This document shows, in pieces, positions 1 through 5,188 of a stretch of DNA of 6,578 nt. The DNA is taken from the IMG/VR virus record IMGVR_UViG_3300022493_000042, positions 1 through 6,578 of that record. One strand, 5' to 3'. This stretch comes from a virus. Each line of letters begins with the position of its first letter. Within the stretch, counting starts at the first letter, position 1. The notes beneath the pieces were generated by a model. It searched no databases, had not been told where the DNA came from, and saw only the letters and a program-made list of their open reading frames with translations. Both the position numbers and the translations under genes were made by a program.

Positions 1-127
1 ATTACGCCCGATGTCTACATATATCAGTTGCGGGCTATTTACTCTCGCATACACTCTCGCAAACTTGGTCGGTTTTACGACTGGTGCAACGATCACCCCG
101 ATAATTTGCCTCAGGCTATTAATGTAG
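1..127. repeat. Terminal redundancy: 127 nt identical to 6452..6578. The window wraps around a circular genome of about 6451 nt.
   Basis: Direct comparison of the first 127 and last 127 bases shows they are identical. The repeat stops exactly at the window edges. Confidence 0.95.
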
Positions 128-384
128 ACCCTTTCGCTCTTACAGATGTGCACCTCGGTGTACTGTGTAGCTCCGCTCTCTCGTCTTATTTCGGATACGA
201 TTTAGATGAGTGTCCTGATAATGACGACTTGCGTCGTCGCTCGTTTGATGAATCTGGATATCTGACCCACGTAGGCAGATATTCAAAGCTTTCGGATGAC
301 CGTGTGAAGCGTAAAAAGTTAAATGACTATCGCAAAGGTCTTAATGTGATGAAAATTTTTGTTTCACCTCATAATAATAATTAA
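1..384 (+). CDS. VP4: C-terminal 127 codons of the replication initiator Rep (VP4-like). It continues the ORF that begins at 5189 and runs off the window end. Stop TAA at 382-384.
   Basis: The frame is continuous with 5189..6578 through the 127-nt overlap; the codon at 6452 equals the codon at 1. The first stop in that frame is at 382-384. The ORF track starts this piece at an internal TTG only because the true start lies across the circular junction. Confidence 0.8.
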   Translation: MTPDVYIYQLRAIYSRIHSRKLGRFYDWCNDHPDNLPQAINVDPFALTDVHLGVLCSSALSSYFGYDLDECPDNDDLRRRSFDESGYLTHVGRYSKLSDDRVKRKKLNDYRKGLNVMKIFVSPHNNN

Positions 385-386
385 CT

Positions 387-2366
387 ATGGCTCAAAAGCT
401 TTTTGGCGTCAATAAGCCAAACACTAATCTGAGGAAGAATGTGTTTGACCTATCCGCCACTAACAAATTTACGCTCAGTGCCGGGATGCTCGTCCCTTGT
501 CTTGTGCGTGAATTGAACCCCGGTGAAAAGGTAGAGTTATCTCTTGCCTCAATCACTCGTGCACAACCGCTCAATACTGCTGCGTTCGTCAGAATGAATC
601 AGTATTATCACGCCTTCTTCGTGCCCTATAAGCAATTGTGGTCTCCCTGGGATAATTTTATAAACGGCGTGGATTATCGTCAGTCCACTCGTGCTCTCAA
701 GGCTGGAGAAAGTATTCCCGCTTTTACCTTTAAGGAGCTTTATACCCAGCTCTTTAAGGCTGGTATTCTTGCGGGTAAGGATGCTCGTGAAGGTGAGTTT
801 TCGTCTAAAAACGCCCTTGACGCTCTCGGCTACTCTTATGTCTACGGCATTTCTCGTCTTTTGGATATGCTCGGTTATGGGTTTGAAATTACCATCAAGC
901 CCAGCGACTATATCACTAATTGGGAGAAAGCAGATGATGATGATGTGTTTGTTGAAGGTCGTGGCGGTCACGTTGGTGAGTACCATTTTGACCATAGAGG
1001 CAAAGTGCCTACTAAGCAAAAAACGCCCCCTCCTGCTTCTGATATCCGAGTGCGTATTGCTTCGTTTGCAGATTTCTGCAAGTTCGTGTTTAACAATGCT
1101 AAGGTGTTCCTTGGTGTCAATAATACGGCTTATGCGTCATCTGCCCCAGCTGTGCAGGCTAAGCTTACTCAGCTTATTTACGATTGCTTCGGAGATTTCC
1201 GCTTTAACCCTTTCCGACTTCTTGCCTATCAAAAAATCTACTATGATTTTTATCGTAGACAGGACTACGAAGGTTCAAAGCCCGAACACTATAATATAGA
1301 CGATTTCAACGGTGACCTTATGAGTATGACCGACACTCAGCGTCTCCTTGGTATCTTCCAGCTTCGCTACAGATGGCTTGCAAAAGACTACTTTACAGGC
1401 GTTGTCCCCTCGGAGCTCTTCGGTACAGAAAATCTTGTAGCTAAGAATAATGTTAATAGCTTGCTCCCCGAGTTCCGCCAGGCTATGACTAATTCGTTTA
1501 ATGGTGCAGATAGTGCTACTATCTCGTCTATGCTCTCAGATGGTCGTGGTGTAAAGCTCGGTCATAATGCAGAGATTTCTACTCGCTCTATTCGTGCTAT
1601 CTACGCTATTGAGAAGCTTATGCGTCTCACTCGTAGAGCTGGTGACTACGATTATATCTCACAGACCTCCGCTCATTATGGTGTTGATGTCCCTAAAGGT
1701 CGTGGTGAAGAGGTGTCATTTTTAGGCGGTTGGTCGTCTCAGATTGATATCTCCGAGGTTGTCACTACTGCCCTCACCGAAAAGGGAGACCCCGCCCAAA
1801 TCTATGGTAGAGGCGTAGGCACTCAACAGGGAAAGGATATCAATTATGAGGCTAAGGAACACGGTCTTTTGATGGTCATTACGTCTATCGTCCCCGATAG
1901 CGATTACTCTGGCGTTGGTATGAATAACTTTAACGCTAAATTGTATCGTGGTGACTTCTTCCATCCTGAATTTCAGGATTTAGGACTGCAACCTATTATG
2001 TCTCACGAGTTGGCTTTTCAACCTCATAAGCTCAATCGTTCTGCTACGGATAAGTTCGGCGGTTCTGTCCTCCTCGGTTACGCTCCTCGTTATGCAGAGT
2101 ATAAGACTGCTTGTGATGAGTTGCACGGTGAGTTTAGAGCTGGTAAGGAGTTCTCCCCCTGGGTATCGTCTATCAAGGTGTTGGATAATGCTTTCTTCAC
2201 CTCATCAGGTATCAAGCCCTCGGCTCTCCTGGTGTCTCCCTCTCAGTTGGATAGTATCTTCTCAGTCCGTTTTGACGGTACGGAGAGTACCGACCAATTT
2301 ATGTGCGTGTGTAATAATATTTGTAAAATCATCCGCCCAATGTCAGTGACAGGGCAAAATCTCTAA
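387..2366 (+). CDS. VP1: Major capsid protein VP1 (F-like), 659 aa
   Basis: The N-terminus MAQKLFGVNKPNTNLRKNVFDLSATNKFTLSAGMLVPCLV has the R-N-x-FDLS...K-T...G-x-L-P signature of Microviridae major capsid proteins. It is 659 aa long, starts 2 nt after the Rep stop, and is the longest ORF in the window. Confidence 0.9.
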   Translation: MAQKLFGVNKPNTNLRKNVFDLSATNKFTLSAGMLVPCLVRELNPGEKVELSLASITRAQPLNTAAFVRMNQYYHAFFVPYKQLWSPWDNFINGVDYRQSTRALKAGESIPAFTFKELYTQLFKAGILAGKDAREGEFSSKNALDALGYSYVYGISRLLDMLGYGFEITIKPSDYITNWEKADDDDVFVEGRGGHVGEYHFDHRGKVPTKQKTPPPASDIRVRIASFADFCKFVFNNAKVFLGVNNTAYASSAPAVQAKLTQLIYDCFGDFRFNPFRLLAYQKIYYDFYRRQDYEGSKPEHYNIDDFNGDLMSMTDTQRLLGIFQLRYRWLAKDYFTGVVPSELFGTENLVAKNNVNSLLPEFRQAMTNSFNGADSATISSMLSDGRGVKLGHNAEISTRSIRAIYAIEKLMRLTRRAGDYDYISQTSAHYGVDVPKGRGEEVSFLGGWSSQIDISEVVTTALTEKGDPAQIYGRGVGTQQGKDINYEAKEHGLLMVITSIVPDSDYSGVGMNNFNAKLYRGDFFHPEFQDLGLQPIMSHELAFQPHKLNRSATDKFGGSVLLGYAPRYAEYKTACDELHGEFRAGKEFSPWVSSIKVLDNAFFTSSGIKPSALLVSPSQLDSIFSVRFDGTESTDQFMCVCNNICKIIRPMSVTGQNL

Positions 2367-2369
2367 GCT

Positions 2370-2822
2370 ATGCCTAACAGAAGCTATCTCAAGCGAACTC
2401 AGCCCTATATTGATGTAGAGGTGCAGGTTTCAGGTAATGATGCCCACGATATGGCTATAGGTGTCTACGATCCTGAATATGTCGCTATGCTTTACCCTAC
2501 GGACGCTCGTAGCGGTTTCCCGACTTCTGACCTTGCACGTGTGCTCTCTTCTGAGGTATCACAGGCTGATAAGGAGCGTATCCTTAATCGTCTTCAGAGA
2601 GAGGATGGACAGTTCTTGCCCTCCGACCTCACCGATGAGGATGTGTTTACTCTTGTACCTCCCCGCTTCGTGCTTGGCGACCAGGTCAATATCCAGCGCT
2701 GGCGTGACTATCTCGCTTCCGATGTCTTGCCATTTATGCGAGACGAGGTTAAGGCTATGGATGTAGTCCCCGATGTCAATTCTCCTTCTAACTCTAACGA
2801 TAATAACAATGGCACAGAATGA
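2370..2822 (+). CDS. 150-aa acidic protein, possibly an internal scaffolding protein (VP3-like). Function not established.
   Basis: The ATG lies 3 nt after the VP1 stop and the T-ending codon usage matches neighbouring genes. It is D/E-rich with an Asn/Ser-rich tail. Size and position between VP1 and VP2 match gokushovirus VP3, but no diagnostic motif was recognised. Confidence 0.5.
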   Translation: MPNRSYLKRTQPYIDVEVQVSGNDAHDMAIGVYDPEYVAMLYPTDARSGFPTSDLARVLSSEVSQADKERILNRLQREDGQFLPSDLTDEDVFTLVPPRFVLGDQVNIQRWRDYLASDVLPFMRDEVKAMDVVPDVNSPSNSNDNNNGTE

Positions 2823-2991
2823 AAACAAGCACTCTAAGTTGCTTTCTATCCTGATTTTCGTAGTACAGTTGCTTCCTACGATTATTCGGTTTCTTGGCAG
2901 TCTTGGTAAGGGATCTCCCGACCCTGTGGACGTACCTACGCCCGATACTCCTACGGATATTACTGATACTCATTTTCCTGACCCTCATTAA
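2809..2991 (+). CDS. Small membrane protein, 60 aa from ATG 2809 (72 aa from ATG 2773). Holin-like candidate.
   Basis: MAQNENKHSK precedes a 22-residue hydrophobic helix (LLSILIFVVQLLPTIIRFLGSL), followed by an acidic Pro/Asp/Thr-rich tail. There are two in-frame Met codons (2773 and 2809). The upstream one adds a short hydrophobic segment (SILLLTLTIIT) and overlaps the end of the preceding ORF. It ends 12 nt before VP2. Confidence 0.4.
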   Translation: MAQNENKHSKLLSILIFVVQLLPTIIRFLGSLGKGSPDPVDVPTPDTPTDITDTHFPDPH

Positions 2992-3002
2992 GTGTAGTCA
3001 AT

Positions 3003-4124
3003 ATGGCACTCCTTGAAACAGGAATAACTGCGGGCACCTCCTTAATTGGAGGTGTCCTCGGCTATTTTGGACAAAAATCTGCGAATGCAGAAGCTCTCAA
3101 GCGAATGCGAGAGCAAAACGATTTCGCTGAGCGAATGTGGAATAAAGGTAACGAATATAACACTCCTTACGAGCAACGTAAGAGGTACGAACTCGCTGGT
3201 ATTAATCCGTATCTCGCTCTTGGAAATATTCAGGCTGGTAATGCTCAAGGGAGCGTTACCCCCGCTCCTCCTGCTCCTGTTGGAAACGCTGGTGCGTTTC
3301 TTGGTTCAGGTGCAAATCAGGCTGTAAATGCTTACTTGCAGAATCAGCTTATATCCTCTCAGGTTGAGAAAAATCTTGCCGATGCCGACGCTGTGCGTAC
3401 TGATACTCCCTTTATCGGTCGTCGCAATGAGGCGGATATCGCCTCTACGGAAGCAAGCACGGAGAATACTCGTGCTAAAACTGATTTGGATAGAGCGAAT
3501 ACGCTTGTTGCTACGGCTAATCTTGACCGTCTTAAACAGATGACCCCTGTAGAAGTACAGTTAATGCAGGCTAACGTGGAAAATGTTACTGCTAATACGT
3601 CTCTTACCAAGTTGCAGGAGAAGATACAAGATTGGGAGTTCCGCTATATTAAGCCCCTGGAGGCTCAGGAGATTAAAGCACGTATCTCTCAAGCCTATGC
3701 GACTATTGGTTATCTTGTGGCTCAGCAACGTTTATCCGTTGCTCAGGCTGGTTTGGTTGCTAAAATGACGCTTACGGAAATTCAGCGAGAAAAAGGTGTC
3801 CGCTTGGATAATATGCTTAAGCAAGACGACTTCTCTCGCCGTGATGTAGACTTTTGGACTGAAATGGAGAATAAGCGTGCACAGACTAAGTACCTTAACT
3901 CTCAGTCCGATAAGACTGATGACGATAATGAACGTGCTTGGATGGGTTTCGTTATGGATTTATTTAGTACAGGTGCTTCTATGGCTATGCCTGCTCCTTT
4001 TGGTGTTGGTCCTGGTGCAGCTGGTTTTACTGGAGGTATCCCTAAAACAGGTACATTCCGTACTCCTCCGCCTGCTCCTCGTCCTACTCCTCCTCGTCCT
4101 CGAGGTATGCCTAATCGTAGATAG
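3003..4124 (+). CDS. VP2: Minor capsid / DNA pilot protein VP2 (H-like), 373 aa
   Basis: The motif NEYNTPYEQRKRYELAGINPYLALGN matches the conserved VP2 signature of gokushovirus-like phages. A long Ala/Gln/Thr-rich predicted coiled-coil lies in the middle, and a Gly- and Pro-rich basic C-terminus (PPPAPRPTPPRPRGMPNRR) follows. Confidence 0.85.
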   Translation: MALLETGITAGTSLIGGVLGYFGQKSANAEALKRMREQNDFAERMWNKGNEYNTPYEQRKRYELAGINPYLALGNIQAGNAQGSVTPAPPAPVGNAGAFLGSGANQAVNAYLQNQLISSQVEKNLADADAVRTDTPFIGRRNEADIASTEASTENTRAKTDLDRANTLVATANLDRLKQMTPVEVQLMQANVENVTANTSLTKLQEKIQDWEFRYIKPLEAQEIKARISQAYATIGYLVAQQRLSVAQAGLVAKMTLTEIQREKGVRLDNMLKQDDFSRRDVDFWTEMENKRAQTKYLNSQSDKTDDDNERAWMGFVMDLFSTGASMAMPAPFGVGPGAAGFTGGIPKTGTFRTPPPAPRPTPPRPRGMPNRR

Positions 4125-4125
4125 T

Positions 4126-4251
4126 ATGCTTCTGTATATCGTCTCCTCGGTGCTCTTTGTAGCTCTCGTCTTCGGTATCTCGTGTGCCTGGTGTAGTGCG
4201 CTCTCTAACTGCTATGCCAAGAGTGCAGACCCCCCTAAACCGACTGCATAG
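4126..4251 (+). CDS. 41-aa single-transmembrane peptide (MLLYIVSSVLFVALVFGISCAWCSALSNCYAKSADPPKPTA). Possible membrane or lysis accessory protein.
   Basis: The ATG lies 1 nt after the VP2 stop (TAGtATG), i.e. translationally coupled. About 25 consecutive hydrophobic residues are followed by a short polar tail. The stop is immediately followed by a hairpin. Translated by hand from the sequence; it is the real tail of the otherwise spurious track ORF 3877..4251. Confidence 0.35.
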   Translation: MLLYIVSSVLFVALVFGISCAWCSALSNCYAKSADPPKPTA

Positions 4252-4253
4252 CC

Positions 4254-4269
4254 CGTAACTCACGTTACG
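4254..4269 (+). terminator. Short hairpin CGTAAC-tcac-GTTACG (6-bp stem, 4-nt loop) 3 nt after the last structural-gene stop. Possible transcript end or processing structure.
   Basis: A perfect 6-bp inverted repeat is seen directly. No U-tract follows it, so it is not a canonical intrinsic terminator. Confidence 0.2.
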
Positions 4270-4350
4270 TTCGGAGCGTACTGCCCCGACTATCATCCAT
4301 CTAACTGCTCGTACCTGTCGTTTGACCCCCTAAAGTCACTGCGGTATAAA

Positions 4351-4415
4351 AGAGGTATAGGCGTATGACAATAAGCGACCAAAGGGAAGCGCCATTGCCA
4401 TACGAATATACCTCT
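4351..4415. repeat. Long imperfect inverted repeat: AGAGGTATAGGCGTATG (4351-4367) pairs with CATACGAATATACCTCT (4399-4415), 15/17 bp, around a ~31-nt loop. GGTATA / TATACC direct repeats sit within each arm.
   Basis: Seen directly. Arm 1 contains GGTATA twice (4344-4349 and 4354-4359). Arm 2 contains TATACC twice (4407-4412 and 4415-4420). It lies in the only sizeable non-coding region of the genome. Confidence 0.55.
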
Positions 4416-4514
4416 ATACCTTTGCGGTGCTTTAGTGGACAAATGCCAGGTACACGCTATTAGATGATAGTCGTGCAGTAGCTTCGGAGTTGCCCCTGAT
4501 GTTTCCCATTTCTC

Positions 4515-4550
4515 GGCGCAATAACGTAGTGCGCCCTACAAGCTTGATAT
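4515..4550 (+). promoter_or_regulatory. GC hairpin GGCGC-aataacgtagt-GCGCC (4515-4535) followed by CTTGATAT (4543-4550), which resembles the phiX174 gene A nick-site core CAACTTG^ATATT. Candidate Rep recognition or nick site.
   Basis: A perfect 5-bp GC stem, and an 8-nt identity to the phiX174 origin core. An 8-mer match in 6.5 kb is not by itself significant. Confidence 0.25.
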
Positions 4551-4612
4551 CTCTAAGGAAACATCATAACAGTCTAACCTACCCCCCTCGGAAATAGCCA
4601 CTTATAAAAACG

Positions 4613-4645
4613 TTTGGCGTTTCCGAGAAAAAGTATATATCTTTG
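4613..4645 (+). promoter_or_regulatory. Bacteroidetes-type promoter candidate: TTTG (-33-like, 4613-4616), 21-nt spacer, TAtcTTTG (-7 consensus TAnnTTTG, 4638-4645), just upstream of the lysozyme ATG at 4650.
   Basis: Motif spacing matches the sigma-A(Bfr) promoter architecture. No gene in the genome has a Shine-Dalgarno sequence upstream of its start. A second TAccTTTG lies at 4417-4424. Confidence 0.3.
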
Positions 4646-4649
4646 CGCT

Positions 4650-5186
4650 ATGGAATTGCTCGCTACCTATATAGACCAGCTGAAAGCCTTTGAGGGCTTT
4701 CGTTCTATGGCTTACCTCCCAAAAGGTGAGCCTGCGTCTGAGTATCTAACCATTGGTTATGGTACACGCCTGCCAAGGACAAAAGCTCTTGCGCTGTCTC
4801 CTATGGATGAGCAAGATGCGTCCTACTATCTTAATCAGTCTCTTTCTGAGATTACAAAATTTGTCCGTAGTTCTTTGCAGGCTATACCTTATACGCTCTC
4901 AGACGCTCAGTTTACTGCCCTGGTAGACTTTTGTTATAACTGTGGCACAGGCAACTATAAGCGTTCCACTCTGTATAAGATACTCAAGACTGTACGCTTT
5001 ACTGATGAAGATTTGAGACTTCATCCTCGTGATGAGTATGTTTCGGCAAAGGTTGAGGCTATTTGCTCAGAGTTTATGCGGTGGAACAAGAGCGGAGGCA
5101 AAGTCCTCCCAGGTCTTGTGACCCGCTGTAATTGGCGTGCCTACTGCTGGCGTTCTCGTGCTGTTGATTCACTCTATGCTAAATAG
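4650..5186 (+). CDS. Phage lysozyme, GH24 family (P22 gp19 / T4 e-like endolysin), about 178 aa from ATG 4650
   Basis: IDQLKAFEGFRSMAYL...EYLTIGYGT carries the catalytic Glu and the TIGYG motif. LSDAQFTALVDFCYNCGTGNYKRSTLYKIL and FMRWNKSGGKVLPGLVTRC match the conserved C-terminal blocks of P22/lambda-family lysozymes (F.RWNKAGGKVL.GL.RRR). There is no N-terminal signal or SAR segment. The TTG at 4614 given by the track is an unlikely start; the ATG at 4650 aligns with the family N-terminus. Confidence 0.88.
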   Translation: MELLATYIDQLKAFEGFRSMAYLPKGEPASEYLTIGYGTRLPRTKALALSPMDEQDASYYLNQSLSEITKFVRSSLQAIPYTLSDAQFTALVDFCYNCGTGNYKRSTLYKILKTVRFTDEDLRLHPRDEYVSAKVEAICSEFMRWNKSGGKVLPGLVTRCNWRAYCWRSRAVDSLYAK

Positions 5187-5188
5187 AT

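Noticed and set aside
1-127. 127-nt direct repeat at both window ends, considered as LTR, att duplication or transposon ends
   Set aside because: The repeat is exact, ends precisely at the window boundaries, and sits inside the continuous Rep reading frame. This is best explained by linearisation of a circular genome with assembly overlap, not a mobile-element boundary.
28-384. Track ORF 28..384 (118 aa) as an independent gene starting at TTG
   Set aside because: It is in frame with, and continuous across the circular junction with, the Rep ORF from 5189. It is the C-terminus of Rep, not a separate gene.
933-945. GATGATGATGATG microsatellite-like run inside VP1
   Set aside because: It simply encodes an Asp run (DDDDV) in a capsid surface loop and is too short to be a meaningful repeat element.
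2092-3768. Other short plus-strand alternative-frame ORFs (2092..2349, 2461..2766, 3046..3327, 3328..3543, 3583..3768, 5511..5708, 6306..6578)
   Set aside because: They are embedded out of frame in well-supported genes, with Leu/Arg/Ser/Cys-rich products typical of frameshifted translation. There is no independent signal. 5511..5708 is hydrophobic but has no plausible start context.
3877-4251. Track ORF 3877..4251 (124 aa, Leu-rich) overlapping the VP2 C-terminus
   Set aside because: The portion upstream of 4125 is an out-of-frame read-through of the GCT/CCT/CGT-rich VP2 tail, giving a Leu/Val-rich low-complexity product. Only the 41-aa part after the VP2 stop (ATG 4126) is plausible.
4365-4469. 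34-aa ORF (ATG 4365) spanning the large inverted repeat
   Set aside because: It is neither basic nor hydrophobic, and it lies entirely across the stem-loop. It more likely reflects structured non-coding DNA than a gene.
4614-4649. TTG start at 4614 for the lysozyme ORF
   Set aside because: The ATG at 4650 gives an N-terminus (MELLATYIDQLKAFEG) that aligns with the GH24 family start. The upstream extension would also overlap the putative promoter.
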